Positions 16,619 through 27,179 are shown, counted from the stretch's first letter. The stretch is 64,000 bases of DNA from a bacterium (GCA_016124905.1 WGMV01000008.1:110521-174520); one strand, 5' to 3'. A program made the numbers and translations. Notes: generated from the letters alone by a model not told the origin.

Positions 16619-18145
16619 ATGGCCATCCGACCCGTTGTTTTATGCATCCTGGACGGCTGGGGCTGTGCCGAGCCTTCGCCCCACAATGCGCCTTATCTGG
16701 CCAAAACGCCCAACCTGGATGCGCTAACCCCCGTCAGCCCCATGAGCAAACTGGCCACGTCTGGTTTAGCGGTTGGGTTGCCGGAAGGCCAGATGGGCAA
16801 TTCCGAGGTCGGCCACATGAATATCGGCTGCGGTCGCGTGATGATGCAGGACCTCCCGCGCGTTGATAAAGCCGTGGAAGATGGCACCCTCAAAAACCAC
16901 CCCGCGCTGGTCAAACTGGCGGACGACCTCCGCGCCAGCGGCAAGGCCTGCCATTTGATGGGTTTATTCTCCCCCGGCGGCGTTCATGCCCACATGGATC
17001 ACATCATCGCACTCGCCGAATATCTGGACGAAGCGGGCGTCAACACCTGGCTCCACCTTGTCACCGATGGCCGCGACACCCCGCCGGAATCCGCACTCGA
17101 TTACTGGCAGCAGGGCATGCTGCGTTTGGCCAACCTCAAACATCTGCGCATCGCCACCCTCATGGGCCGCTATTACGCCATGGACCGCGACAAACGCTGG
17201 GACCGCGTTGCAAAAGCCTACAACGCCATCGTGAGCGGGCAGGGTGAACCCGCCGCCGAACTCCCCGCCGCCATCCAGGCCAGCTATGATGCGGGTAAGC
17301 AGGACGAATTCATCCTCCCCGTCATCTTCGGCGGTTACGACGGCATGCAGGACGGCGACGCCTGGCTCTTCGCCAATTTCCGCGCCGACCGTGCCCGCCA
17401 GCTCTCTCATGCATTGCTGGACCCCGCCTTCGATGGCTTCCCCCGCGGCAAGCAGGTGAAATTCTCCCACTCGCTCGCCATGACGGAATATTCCAGCAAG
17501 CTCGCGCCCTTCTACAGCGTGCTGTTCCCCGCCGAAACCCCGAACGATTCCCTGGGCGAAATCGTCTCCCACGCGGGCCTCAAGCAGCTCCGCATCGCCG
17601 AGACGGAAAAATACCCCCACGTCACCTTCTTCTTCAACGGCGGGCGTGAGGAACTGTTCGAAGGCGAAGACCGCATCCTCGTCCCATCCCCCCAGGTCGC
17701 CACCTACGACCTCCAGCCCGAAATGTCCGCCCCCGAAGTGACGGACAAACTCACCGCCGCCATCGAAAGCGGCCAATATGCCTTGCTTGTCGTCAACTAT
17801 GCCAACCCCGACATGGTTGGCCACACCGGCAATCTCCCCGCTGCCATCAAGGCTGTGGAAGCCGTTGATGCCTGTATCGGCCGTATCGCCGAATCCGTGG
17901 AAAAAGCAGGCGGCGTCATGCTCATCACCGCCGACCACGGTAACGTGGAAAAAATGCATGACCACGATACCGGCCAGGCCCACACCGCCCACACCACCGG
18001 CCCCGTGCCGCTGATGCTGGTCGGCAGCAAAGGGCAGGGGCTGAAGCTGAAGGACGGCGCCCTGGCCGACATCGCGCCCACCATCTTAAAGCTCATGGGT
18101 CTCTCCCAGCCGAAGGTCATGACGGGCTCGTCGCTTCTCGTTTAA
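16619..18145 (+). CDS. gpmI: 2,3-bisphosphoglycerate-independent phosphoglycerate mutase
   Basis: ILDGWG, GNSEVGHMNIG and ADHGN motifs; 508 aa. Confidence 0.97.
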   Translation: MAIRPVVLCILDGWGCAEPSPHNAPYLAKTPNLDALTPVSPMSKLATSGLAVGLPEGQMGNSEVGHMNIGCGRVMMQDLPRVDKAVEDGTLKNHPALVKLADDLRASGKACHLMGLFSPGGVHAHMDHIIALAEYLDEAGVNTWLHLVTDGRDTPPESALDYWQQGMLRLANLKHLRIATLMGRYYAMDRDKRWDRVAKAYNAIVSGQGEPAAELPAAIQASYDAGKQDEFILPVIFGGYDGMQDGDAWLFANFRADRARQLSHALLDPAFDGFPRGKQVKFSHSLAMTEYSSKLAPFYSVLFPAETPNDSLGEIVSHAGLKQLRIAETEKYPHVTFFFNGGREELFEGEDRILVPSPQVATYDLQPEMSAPEVTDKLTAAIESGQYALLVVNYANPDMVGHTGNLPAAIKAVEAVDACIGRIAESVEKAGGVMLITADHGNVEKMHDHDTGQAHTAHTTGPVPLMLVGSKGQGLKLKDGALADIAPTILKLMGLSQPKVMTGSSLLV

Positions 18146-18216
18146 CACCATATAATGTGTTCACATCCCCGGAAACTGCTCTATGATGCGGCGGCAACCC
18201 CATCCTTTCCAGGTTC

Positions 18217-19392
18217 ATGAAGCAACCCGCCTTTGCCACTGCCTTGCTGATGTGCGCAGCCATGGCCATGCCCGGCCCTGCATGGGCGATTGACCGTTTC
18301 ACGCTGGAGCGCGTGCAAAATGAGATTCAGACCAAGCAGAAGAACCAGGAGGAACTGGAGGCCAAGGCCAGTAAGCTCGGGCATGAAATGGACAGCCTGC
18401 GCGGCACCCTCACCAAAATGGCCGACAAGATTCAGCGCATCGAGCGACGCCTGAGCGATACGGAAAAGGAACTCGGCGCCATCGATGCCGAAACGGCCGA
18501 CCGCGAGCGCGACCTCGCCACCCGCAGCGCCCAGCTGGAAGAAAGCCTTGCCGCCATGCTGCGTTTCTCCCAGGTGCCGCCGGAGGCCTGGGTGGCCTTG
18601 CCCGGCAATGCGGACGACGCCGTACGCTCGGCCATCCTGCTCGGCCATGTCACCGGCGGCTTGCAGGAAGAGGCCAACCAGTTAAGGGAAAAGATCCGCA
18701 TCCTCGGGGAACTCCGCCAGCAGCGGCAGATCCTTCAAGCCACGCTGGAAGAGGAACGCAAGGAACTGCTCGCCGGCCAGACGGAAATGGCCGAGAAAAT
18801 TCAGCAGCGCCAGCAGATGCATGCCGAGCTGGACAAGGGCATCGAAAGCACCGGCAAGGAACTGAAGCAGCTTTCCTCCAAAGCCAAAGACCTGAGCGAG
18901 CTTCTGGCCGCCATCACCAAACGCGAGGCGGCGCAGGCCAAAAACATCGCCCCCGGCAAGCGCCGCAACGCCGCGCCGGAAGTGAATGAGCCCGAAACCG
19001 CGAGCGTCAACCTGCCAAAAGGCGGGCTTCGTCTGCCCGCGCAGGGCAAGCTGGTTTCTGGCTTCGGCGCCAAGGGGGATGACGGCATGCCGCAAAAAGG
19101 CATCCGCATCGCCACCCGTCCCGGCGCGCAGGTGGTTTCTCCCATGAAAGGGGAGGTGGTCTATACCGGCCCCTTCATGGGTTACGGCAACATTATCATT
19201 ATCCGCCATACGGATGAGATGCACACCCTCATTGCGGGCCTGGGGCAGATTCAGGCCGCCGTCGGGCAGAAGCTCATGGCGGGCGAACCGATCGGCAAGA
19301 TGAAGAATGCGGATAGCGGTTTGACAAAGCTCTACATGGAACTTAGAAAAAATGCCAAGCCGGTGGATCCATCGCCGTGGCTGTCCAGTTAA
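18217..19392 (+). CDS. M23/LytM-domain murein hydrolase activator (EnvC-like)
   Basis: Signal peptide, a long coiled coil and a C-terminal LytM domain (GIRIATRPGAQVVSPMKGEVVYTGPFMGYGNIIIIRH). It follows gpmI, as envC does in E. coli. Confidence 0.85.
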   Translation: MKQPAFATALLMCAAMAMPGPAWAIDRFTLERVQNEIQTKQKNQEELEAKASKLGHEMDSLRGTLTKMADKIQRIERRLSDTEKELGAIDAETADRERDLATRSAQLEESLAAMLRFSQVPPEAWVALPGNADDAVRSAILLGHVTGGLQEEANQLREKIRILGELRQQRQILQATLEEERKELLAGQTEMAEKIQQRQQMHAELDKGIESTGKELKQLSSKAKDLSELLAAITKREAAQAKNIAPGKRRNAAPEVNEPETASVNLPKGGLRLPAQGKLVSGFGAKGDDGMPQKGIRIATRPGAQVVSPMKGEVVYTGPFMGYGNIIIIRHTDEMHTLIAGLGQIQAAVGQKLMAGEPIGKMKNADSGLTKLYMELRKNAKPVDPSPWLSS

Positions 19393-19416
19393 CGTGTACC
19401 CATAAGGTCTCCTTAC

Positions 19417-20928
19417 ATGCATGCATCCAACCGTCCGCTTGCAACATCCCGAAAAGCCTCACGTTTTCTGACGGTCGCCGTATCGGCCATCGCGCTGATG
19501 GGGGGTGTTTCCTGCGCCCATGCCGCGGCCGAACCTGCCGCCGCCAAACCCAAGAACACCAAGGAAACCTTCGCGCTTCTCCAGCTTTTTGGCGATGTCT
19601 ATGAGCGCGTGAAGGAAGATTACGTGGAAGACGTGCCGGATGAAAAGCTCGTCCATTCCGCCATCAACGGCATGCTAACCTCGCTGGACCCCCATTCCAG
19701 CTTCCTGGATAAAGAGGGCTTCAAGGACATCCAGGTACAGACCAAAGGCGAATTCGGCGGCCTCGGCATCGAGGTGACAATGGAAAACGGCCTGGTGAAA
19801 GTGGTCTCCCCGATCGACGACACCCCCGCTGCCAAAGTAGGCATCAAAGCGCAGGATTACATCAGCCACATCGACAACGAGCCCGTGATGGGCCTCACGC
19901 TTTCCGACGCGGTCGAAAAAATGCGCGGCAAGGTTGGCAGCAAGGTGAAGCTCACCGTGCTGCGCGAAGGCGCCGACAAACCGCTCGATTTCGAACTCAC
20001 CCGCGCGGTCATCAAAATCCAGTCCGTCCGCTCCCGCCGCGAGGGCGATGTGGCCTATATCCGCGTCACCTCCTTCTCCGAGCAGGCCACCAGCGGCACG
20101 GAGGAAGCCTTCGAGAAACTGAAAAAGGAAATCGGCCCCGACAAGATTCGCGGCGTGGTGCTTGATCTGCGCAACAACCCCGGCGGTCTTCTGGATCAGG
20201 CCATCGGCCTGTCCGACCTTTTCCTGGAAAAAGGCGAGGTCGTCTCCACCCGTGGCCGCACGGAAGACAGCAACAAGCGCTTCTTCGCGCGTGAGGGCGA
20301 TATCACGGGTGGCCTGCCCATCGTGGTGCTCGTCAACGGCGGTTCGGCTTCGGCGTCCGAGATTGTTTCCGGCGCATTGCAGGATCACAAGCGTGCTGTC
20401 ATCATGGGCACCAAGAGCTTCGGCAAGGGCTCCGTGCAGACGGTCATCCCCATTCCCAACCATGGCGCCATCCGCCTGACCACCTCGCGCTATTACACGC
20501 CGTCTGGCCGTTCCATCCAGGCCGAGGGCATCCAGCCGGATATCATCGTGGAACCTTCCAAGGTCGTCCCGCTGGAGCAGCTCGACATGCGCTCCGAGGC
20601 AGATCTGCCCAACCACCTGAGCAAACCGAAAGAGATGCTCGAAAAAGCCAAGCAGATGATGGAAAAGGCCAAGGATGCCATGCCCGGCAAGGACGAGGCC
20701 AAGCCTGAAAACGGTGAAGTGAGCAAGGACAAGAAAGACCCGCTGAAAACGGATAACAAGAGCGAGGTGAAGCCCGCCAACGCCAGCGAGGATGATTACC
20801 AGCTGCAGCGCGCGCTGGATTTCATTACCGGCGTGTCCTTCTACAAAACCTTCACCAGCAGCGAAAAACCATCCGTGAAACCGGAACCCGCCAAGGACGC
20901 AGCCGCCAAACCCGCAACCGCGAAGTAG
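19417..20928 (+). CDS. ctpA: S41 carboxy-terminal processing protease
   Basis: PDZ region plus LDLRNNPGGLL, GSASASEIVSGALQD and GTKSFGKGSVQ. There is a Lys/Glu-rich C-terminal tail. Confidence 0.93.
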   Translation: MHASNRPLATSRKASRFLTVAVSAIALMGGVSCAHAAAEPAAAKPKNTKETFALLQLFGDVYERVKEDYVEDVPDEKLVHSAINGMLTSLDPHSSFLDKEGFKDIQVQTKGEFGGLGIEVTMENGLVKVVSPIDDTPAAKVGIKAQDYISHIDNEPVMGLTLSDAVEKMRGKVGSKVKLTVLREGADKPLDFELTRAVIKIQSVRSRREGDVAYIRVTSFSEQATSGTEEAFEKLKKEIGPDKIRGVVLDLRNNPGGLLDQAIGLSDLFLEKGEVVSTRGRTEDSNKRFFAREGDITGGLPIVVLVNGGSASASEIVSGALQDHKRAVIMGTKSFGKGSVQTVIPIPNHGAIRLTTSRYYTPSGRSIQAEGIQPDIIVEPSKVVPLEQLDMRSEADLPNHLSKPKEMLEKAKQMMEKAKDAMPGKDEAKPENGEVSKDKKDPLKTDNKSEVKPANASEDDYQLQRALDFITGVSFYKTFTSSEKPSVKPEPAKDAAAKPATAK

Positions 20929-20935
20929 GGCCTAA

Positions 20936-22072
20936 ATGAGCAAACCGCGCATCCGGCTTGCAACACTGACATGGGGAACGGCGGCGGCGCTGCTGGGCAC
21001 CATTCTGGCGCTGGAGGGTGCGTGGTTTTACCTCACCAGGGATAACGAGGAGGCGCGCTCCTTCTCCGCCAGCCAGCGCGTGGTTTACGACATCAAAAGC
21101 GGCATATATATGCGCTCGCTGGAAAAAACCGCCGAGGCTGCTTCCGTGCCGCCTGCCGAGCATGCGGCCGCAGCAAAACCGGAGGGGCACGCCGCTGCCG
21201 CGCCGGAAGCGCATGCGGAACATGCCGCCGCGCCCGCGTCGGCTGCCGCCGCGCCTCCTGTCGCGCATGCTGCGCCGGGTTTTTCCAACCCCGATCACAA
21301 GCCCGAGCTGGCGGTGGTTCTGGTTGGCCTCGGCCTGAGCCAGAGCTCCACCGACCTGGCCATGAGCGCCTTGCCCTCGCAAATCGGCCTGTCCTTCTCC
21401 CCTTACGCGCCAGACCTGCGCGGCTGGGTGGAACAGGCGAAGGACAAGGGGTTTGAAGTGTTTATCGACCTGCCGATGGAGCCCGACGATTACCCCATCA
21501 CCGATCCCGGCCCCCGCGCGCTGTTGACCGCTCAGGATGAAGCGACCGCCAAGGCCCGCATCGAATGGCTCGGCGCGCGCAGCAACATGGCCATCGGCTT
21601 CACCACGCCGGTGTCGGAAAAATTCATGGACCACCGGGAGTCGGTTTCCAGGCTCTACAAGAACCTTCAGGGTGGCCATGCGCTGCTGGTGCGCAGCGAA
21701 CCCGGCATGACCGAGGCCATGCGCGTGGCGGGCAACGCCTATCATTACAACGCGCTCCAGGCCGATATTGTGCTGGATGAGACCATCACGCGCGAAGCCA
21801 TCGAAAACCAGTTGAACGCCGCCATCCAGCAGGCAAAATCGGCCGGACGCGCCGTGGTGGTCGCCCGGCCTTATCCGCTGACGGTCAAGGAACTGGAAGG
21901 ACTCGGCAAGCGGCTTGAGAAGGAAGGCGTGCTGCTGGCGCCCGTCAGTGCGGCCAACCAGGTGACGCTAGCCCAGCCCGCTTCCGCCGAGGTTCCTCCG
22001 GCTGAACCGGCCACGGCTGCTGCCGCATCCGTGGCCCCGGCGGAAGAAAGCCCCGCCCATGAAACCCATTAA
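20936..22072 (+). CDS. divergent polysaccharide deacetylase family protein (YibQ-like)
   Basis: N-terminal TM, an Ala/His-rich linker, then LAVVLVGLGLS...LSFSPYAP...FIDLPMEP. Its position after the envC-like and ctpA genes is consistent with this call. Confidence 0.8.
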   Translation: MSKPRIRLATLTWGTAAALLGTILALEGAWFYLTRDNEEARSFSASQRVVYDIKSGIYMRSLEKTAEAASVPPAEHAAAAKPEGHAAAAPEAHAEHAAAPASAAAAPPVAHAAPGFSNPDHKPELAVVLVGLGLSQSSTDLAMSALPSQIGLSFSPYAPDLRGWVEQAKDKGFEVFIDLPMEPDDYPITDPGPRALLTAQDEATAKARIEWLGARSNMAIGFTTPVSEKFMDHRESVSRLYKNLQGGHALLVRSEPGMTEAMRVAGNAYHYNALQADIVLDETITREAIENQLNAAIQQAKSAGRAVVVARPYPLTVKELEGLGKRLEKEGVLLAPVSAANQVTLAQPASAEVPPAEPATAAAASVAPAEESPAHETH

Positions 22073-22580
22073 ACAATCCGTGTCATTGCCCGCGCCGAAG
22101 CCGGGTTACCGCCCTTGTGCGGGCATCATGCTCTACAATGATCGCGGCCAGGTATTCGCCGGTCAGCGCATCGACACCACCGCCGAGGCCTGGCAGATGC
22201 CGCAGGGAGGGATCGATCCCGGTGAAACGGGTATCCAGGCCGCTTGGCGGGAGCTGGGAGAGGAGGCCGGCACCGACAAGGCGGAGCTGATGGCCGTCAG
22301 CGACGAGTGGTTTTATTACGACCTCCCTGCGGACCTGCAGAAGAAACTCTGGGGTGGCAAATTTCTCGGCCAGGCGCAGCAATGGTTTCTCTTCCGCTTC
22401 ACCGGAACGGATGGCGACATCAACATCGCCACCGCGCATCCCGAGTTCCGCGCCTGGCAATGGGTGGACCCGGCACGCTTGCCTGAACTCATCGTTCCGT
22501 TTAAGAGACCGATCTACGATCAGGTAATGGCGCATTTCGGCCATTTACTGCCTTCCTTTACCGCCGCTGCCAAAGGCTGA
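22059..22580 (+). CDS. rppH: RNA pyrophosphohydrolase (Nudix)
   Basis: Nudix box GGIDPGETGIQAAWRELGEEAG, plus WQMPQGG and FRAWQWV. Confidence 0.85.
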   Translation: MKPIKQSVSLPAPKPGYRPCAGIMLYNDRGQVFAGQRIDTTAEAWQMPQGGIDPGETGIQAAWRELGEEAGTDKAELMAVSDEWFYYDLPADLQKKLWGGKFLGQAQQWFLFRFTGTDGDINIATAHPEFRAWQWVDPARLPELIVPFKRPIYDQVMAHFGHLLPSFTAAAKG

Positions 22581-22582
22581 CC

Positions 22583-22912
22583 ATGACTGCTATCCTCAAC
22601 CGTTCCCGTTTAGACGAAGTCACCAGTGGCGACAAAGGCCTTCGCGCTACCTTGACGGAGCTTTACTGCCAGACGCTTGAGCGCTGCGTGACCGAGCTGA
22701 AATCCATCGCCCATGGTGGCAAAAACACAGACGCATGGTATAATGCCGCGCATGAGCTCAAAGGCGCCTCCGGCAACGTCGGCGCCGAGGAAATGGCTGA
22801 TCTGTGCCGTCGCATGGAACATGCCGCGCCTGAAAGCTGGCCGGAAGCCCTGGAAGAACTGGAAGACGCCACCGAAGCCGTGCAATCGGCATTTCACATG
22901 CTGGATGAGTAA
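22583..22912 (+). CDS. stand-alone Hpt (histidine phosphotransfer) domain protein
   Basis: The AHELKGASGNVGAEEMADLC motif (phospho-His context HxLKG) in a 109-aa protein. Confidence 0.75.
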   Translation: MTAILNRSRLDEVTSGDKGLRATLTELYCQTLERCVTELKSIAHGGKNTDAWYNAAHELKGASGNVGAEEMADLCRRMEHAAPESWPEALEELEDATEAVQSAFHMLDE

Positions 22913-22918
22913 CCGATC

Positions 22919-23809
22919 ATGATCATGAAGCCCATCGCCCATAGCCCCCATGTGAACCTCATCGACGGCCGCGATGCCGCCGCCAGATTGCGCGAATCCC
23001 TCAAGCCCGAGATCGAGCGCCTGAAGGCTGCGGGCGTCACCCCCGGCCTCGCCGTGGTGCTGGTGGGGGAAAACCCGGCAAGCCAGGTCTATGTAAAGAA
23101 CAAAGTTGAGCAAACCAAACAGCTGGGCATGCATTCCATTGAGCACCGCCTGAGCGATTCCACCTCGCAGGAGGAACTACTCGCACTGGTCAACAGGCTG
23201 AACAACGACCCCGCCATCCACGGCATCCTCGTGCAGCTTCCCCTGCCCAAACAGATCAGCGAAGCCGCCGTGTTGGCCGCCATCCATCCGGATAAGGATG
23301 TGGACGGCTTTCACGTGGTCAATGCCGGCCAGCTGGCCGTGGGCGAGCCGCGCCTGGTGCCCTGCACGCCGCTCGGCTGCATCCATCTGCTGAAAGGTCT
23401 GGGCATCAACCTGCGCGGCCTGCATGCGGTGGTGATCGGCCGTTCCAACATCGTCGGCAAGCCGATGGCGCAATTGCTGCTGCAGGAAGACTGCACGGTG
23501 ACCATCGTCCATTCCCGCACGCCGAGCCCCGAACTGCTGGTGAAACAGGCCGACATCGTCGTGGCCGCCGTCGGCAAACCCCGCATGGTGAAGGCCGACT
23601 GGCTGAAACCCGGCGCCATCGTCATCGATGTCGGCATCAACCGCATTGAAGAGAATGGCGAGAAAAAGATCGTCGGCGATGTCGATTTTGCCGAGGCCCA
23701 GTTCGTCGCCTCCGCCATCACGCCCGTGCCGGGCGGGGTAGGGCCCATGACCATTGCCTGCCTGCTGGCCAACACGGTGAAGGCCGCCGCGCTTCAGCAC
23801 GGGCTTTAG
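22919..23809 (+). CDS. folD: bifunctional methylenetetrahydrofolate dehydrogenase/cyclohydrolase
   Basis: [32 protein letters not shown] and [13 protein letters not shown]. Confidence 0.96.
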   Translation: MIMKPIAHSPHVNLIDGRDAAARLRESLKPEIERLKAAGVTPGLAVVLVGENPASQVYVKNKVEQTKQLGMHSIEHRLSDSTSQEELLALVNRLNNDPAIHGILVQLPLPKQISEAAVLAAIHPDKDVDGFHVVNAGQLAVGEPRLVPCTPLGCIHLLKGLGINLRGLHAVVIGRSNIVGKPMAQLLLQEDCTVTIVHSRTPSPELLVKQADIVVAAVGKPRMVKADWLKPGAIVIDVGINRIEENGEKKIVGDVDFAEAQFVASAITPVPGGVGPMTIACLLANTVKAAALQHGL

Positions 23810-24625
23810 ATGAGCAGCCCCCTGGATCTGGAGGCCTTCTTCGATACCGGCGCCAATCCCATCGCCGCCTCCAGTCCCTACACCGTGAATATCGACATCA
23901 CGGATTTCGACTACAAACTCCGGCGCCTTTATCCGGAGTTCGACTATCTTCGCCAGAACCTGTCTCTGGCATATCTCATCAAAGGCCTGCTGGCCCAGCA
24001 CACCTGGCAGGACGCAGAAGACCTGCAATCCTATGTCGAGGAATTCTGCACCTCGCTCAGCTTTGCCCAGATGCAGCAGCTCCATGACGGCATGGCCTTG
24101 ATCATGGCGCTTAAACGCGAATGCCATCACGGCGATATGAAACACTGGGAAGCTCTCTGCCGGGCCGCGTTTCCGGCCCCGCTCGCGCCGCCGCCCGGTC
24201 ATCGGCAAAGCGAGCTCCTGCCTGGTCTTTCCCTTCCGCCGGAAGCCATGGTCATGGTGGATGGCTGGGTAGGCACCCGTCGCCGGGAGATAGAGGAGAT
24301 CGACGAGCGCACCCTTTGGGGTGAACAATTGATGGCCGCGCTGGACCTGCCGGATATGCTCGTGCATCTGGAGCACGCCGACGCCCCCGACACTCTTGAC
24401 CTGGTATTCTATCTGCCCAGGACGCAGGCGGATGCCCTGAGGCAGGCGGTTGATGCCACCCTCTCCGGCATCTCCGCCGCTGAGCTTGAATATCTGGATA
24501 CAGCGGCGGACCCTAATTACGACTGGGCCGAAATGAGCCATTACGTGCTGCGCACCACGCGCGATGCGTTGCTGCAATGGGAAGCCGCGCGCAGCGCCGC
24601 CGCGCCCCCGGAGGCCGAGCGCTGA
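23810..24625 (+). CDS. orphan protein (271 aa), translationally abutted to folD
   Basis: The ATG immediately follows the folD TAG (TAGATG). The product is acidic and Leu-rich with a plausible composition. The opposite-strand ORF 23177-24577 also runs antisense through folD and is Arg/Gly/His-rich, so it looks like a shadow ORF. Confidence 0.6.
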   Translation: MSSPLDLEAFFDTGANPIAASSPYTVNIDITDFDYKLRRLYPEFDYLRQNLSLAYLIKGLLAQHTWQDAEDLQSYVEEFCTSLSFAQMQQLHDGMALIMALKRECHHGDMKHWEALCRAAFPAPLAPPPGHRQSELLPGLSLPPEAMVMVDGWVGTRRREIEEIDERTLWGEQLMAALDLPDMLVHLEHADAPDTLDLVFYLPRTQADALRQAVDATLSGISAAELEYLDTAADPNYDWAEMSHYVLRTTRDALLQWEAARSAAAPPEAER

Positions 24626-25672
24626 TCAGCGCGCGGGCGCTTCCGGCCCCTTGTTGGCCGGGCCTTTCTTCAGCGCGCGGTAATCCGCCACATTCTTGTT
24701 ATGGTCGTTCAGTGTGGCGGAAAAACGGTGCCCGCCCAGACCATCGGCCACAAAATAGAGCTCACCGGCCGTCAGCGCATCCGGCGCGGGGTGAAGCGCC
24801 GCATCAATGGAGGCCTTACCCGGGTTGGCGATCGGCCCCGGTGGCAGGCCTGGGTTCAGGTAGGTATTGTAGGGATGCGGCACCTGCAGGTCCGCCAGCG
24901 TCAGCGGGCGCCCCAATTCCTGCTTGCCTTCCGTCAGGGCGTAAATCACCGTCGGGTCCGTCTGCAGCGGCATGCCTTGCTTCAGGCGGTTATAGAACAC
25001 GGCCGCCACGCGCGGGCGCTCATCCGGGCGTCCCGTTTCCTTCTCGATCAGCGAGGCCATCACCACCAGTTGGTCCGGCCCGGTCAGGGGCACGTCCACC
25101 GGCTTTTCATCCCAGGCCTTCGCGACATACTCCTTCATGCCCTTCTGCATGGCCTCCACGATGGAAGCCCGGCTGTCGCCGCGTGTATAATGGTAGGTCT
25201 CCGGCATCAGGCTGCCTTCCGGCAGGCTGGCGGGCGCATCGCCGGTCAAAAACGGTTCCCGTGCCAGACGCGCCAGAATCTGCGCGCTGGTCTGTCCTTC
25301 GGGCACCGTGAATTTGCGGATAATCACCTCGCCCCTGGCGAATTTTTCCAACATGCCCAACGGGGAAATGGGGGCAGGAAAAGCATATTCCCCGGCCTTG
25401 AGTTTTTGTTTCGTCAGCCGTTGATAAGCTCCCGCCGTCAGCCGGAAACAGGGCTCGCAGCGCACCATGCCTGCCTCGGCCAGCTGCGCGGCCATGTGGC
25501 GGCTTCCGGAATGCCGGTCGATAAGGATGCTGTCACTCGTGGCGCCGGTGGGCGTAACCGCATCCCACCAAAGGGCCTCCAGCCCCACGCCGCCAAGCAA
25601 TGCCAGGTAAATGATTGCCCAGAACAGCCGGGCCAAAGGGGATTTACGCCGCTTTGAAAATGACAGTTGCAT
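24626..25672 (-). CDS. mltG: endolytic murein transglycosylase (YceG-like)
   Basis: N-terminal TM anchor plus LASLIEKETGRPDERPRVAAVFYNRLKQGMPLQTDPTVIY. It lies downstream of fabF, as in many bacteria. Confidence 0.9.
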   Translation of the reverse strand: MQLSFSKRRKSPLARLFWAIIYLALLGGVGLEALWWDAVTPTGATSDSILIDRHSGSRHMAAQLAEAGMVRCEPCFRLTAGAYQRLTKQKLKAGEYAFPAPISPLGMLEKFARGEVIIRKFTVPEGQTSAQILARLAREPFLTGDAPASLPEGSLMPETYHYTRGDSRASIVEAMQKGMKEYVAKAWDEKPVDVPLTGPDQLVVMASLIEKETGRPDERPRVAAVFYNRLKQGMPLQTDPTVIYALTEGKQELGRPLTLADLQVPHPYNTYLNPGLPPGPIANPGKASIDAALHPAPDALTAGELYFVADGLGGHRFSATLNDHNKNVADYRALKKGPANKGPEAPAR

Positions 25673-26903
25673 TGGTACCGCCGAAACCGAAGGAATTGGA
25701 AAGGGCCGCGCGCACGGTGCGCTTCTTGGCCTTCAGGGGTACCAGGTCGATGCCGCCGCATTCGTCGGACGGATCTTCCAGATTGAGCGTCGGCGGCACA
25801 ATCTGGTCGCGAATCGCCAGGATGGAATAAATCGCTTCCACCGCGCCCGCAGCGCCGAGCAAATGCCCGATCGAGGATTTGGTCGATGACATGGACACAT
25901 TGCCCACCGCATCGCCCATCAGGCGCTTGACGGCCAGCAGCTCGATCTCGTCGCCTTTCGGCGTGGAGGTGCCGTGTGCGTTGATATAGTCGATATCTTC
26001 CGGCTTCATGCCCGCGCGGTTCAGCGCCATCTGCATGGAGCGGAATGCGCCGTCGCCTTCCGGCGAAGGAGCGGTGAGGTGATAGGCATCGCCGGACATC
26101 CCGTAGCCCACCACTTCGGCATAAATTTTCGCGCCGCGTTTTTTCGCGTGCTCATATTCCTCCAGCACCACCACGCCGGAACCTTCGCCCATCACGAACC
26201 CGTCGCGGCCTTTGTCCCATGGGCGGGAGGCCTTCTCCGGCGTATCGTTGTAGCTGGTGGAAAGCGCGCGGGCGGAAGCGAAACCGGCAATGCCCACGGG
26301 GCAGATGGCGGCTTCGGCGCCACCGGCAACCATCACATCCGCATCGCCCCACATGATGATGCGCGCGGCGTCGCCAATGGCATGCGCGCCGGTGGAGCAG
26401 GCGGTCACGGCCGAATGGTTCGGGCCTTTGAAGCCGAACTCGATCGACACGAAACCCGATGTCAGGTTGATGAGCGCGGATGGAATGAAGAACGGGCTCA
26501 CCCGGCGGGGGCCGCGTTCCTTGCAGATCAGCGACGTCTCTTCGATATTCGGCAATCCGCCGATGCCGGATCCGATCATGACGCCCGTGCGGCAGCGGTC
26601 TTCCTCCGTCTGGGGAACCCAGGCGGAATCCTTCACGGCCTGCTTGGCGGCCGTCATGGCGAAGACGATGAAATTACCCATTTTCCGGCGGTCGGATGCG
26701 GGCACCCAGTCGTCGGCGATGAAGGCTCCCTCGCCGGTGGTCGGCACCTGGCCGGCCACCTTGGCGGGGATATCCGTCGTATCAAAATAGGTAATCGGCC
26801 CCAGGCCGGATTTCCCGGCGAGCAGGTTTTTCCAGTTCACGTCAACCCCGCAGCCAAGCGGCGTTACGAGCCCTATACCTGTCACCACTACACGGCGCGT
26901 CAT
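25644..26903 (-). CDS. fabF: beta-ketoacyl-ACP synthase II
   Basis: Active-site context AVTACSTGAHAIG, plus NAHGTSTPKGD and NSFGFGGTNA. Confidence 0.96.
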   Translation of the reverse strand: MTRRVVVTGIGLVTPLGCGVDVNWKNLLAGKSGLGPITYFDTTDIPAKVAGQVPTTGEGAFIADDWVPASDRRKMGNFIVFAMTAAKQAVKDSAWVPQTEEDRCRTGVMIGSGIGGLPNIEETSLICKERGPRRVSPFFIPSALINLTSGFVSIEFGFKGPNHSAVTACSTGAHAIGDAARIIMWGDADVMVAGGAEAAICPVGIAGFASARALSTSYNDTPEKASRPWDKGRDGFVMGEGSGVVVLEEYEHAKKRGAKIYAEVVGYGMSGDAYHLTAPSPEGDGAFRSMQMALNRAGMKPEDIDYINAHGTSTPKGDEIELLAVKRLMGDAVGNVSMSSTKSSIGHLLGAAGAVEAIYSILAIRDQIVPPTLNLEDPSDECGGIDLVPLKAKKRTVRAALSNSFGFGGTNATVIFKAA

Positions 26904-26933
26904 GCGTCGATCCTGATTCGCGTTAAAGCGCTG

Positions 26934-27179
26934 TTAGGCGTTGGCATGTTCGCTGATGAAGGACACAGCGTCGCCAACGGTTTGGATTTTCTCGGCGGCA
27001 TCGTCCGGAATCTCGCAGCCGAACTCTTCTTCGAACGCCATCACCAGTTCCACGGTGTCGAGGCTGTCCGCGCCCAGGTCATCGATGAAGCTGGCATCGG
27101 TTTTCACTTTGGCTTCATCCACGCCCAGATGTTCCACAACGATCTTGCGTACGCGGGCTTCGATATCACTCATGTTCAA
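26934..27179 (-). CDS. acpP: acyl carrier protein
   Basis: [20 protein letters not shown]; 81 aa. Confidence 0.97.
   Translation of the reverse strand: MNMSDIEARVRKIVVEHLGVDEAKVKTDASFIDDLGADSLDTVELVMAFEEEFGCEIPDDAAEKIQTVGDAVSFISEHANA

Noticed and set aside
23177-24577. 466-aa minus-strand ORF that competes with the orphan 23810-24625
   Set aside because: The same ORF continues antisense through folD, so it is open for compositional reasons. Its sequence is Arg/Gly/His-rich (for example RRRERGRKRG), whereas the plus-strand product has a normal composition and abuts the folD stop directly (TAGATG). Some uncertainty remains, so I kept the plus-strand gene at confidence 0.6.
24577-25311. 244-aa Pro/Arg/Ser-rich plus-strand ORF
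   Set aside because: Antisense to mltG, with extreme low-complexity composition.
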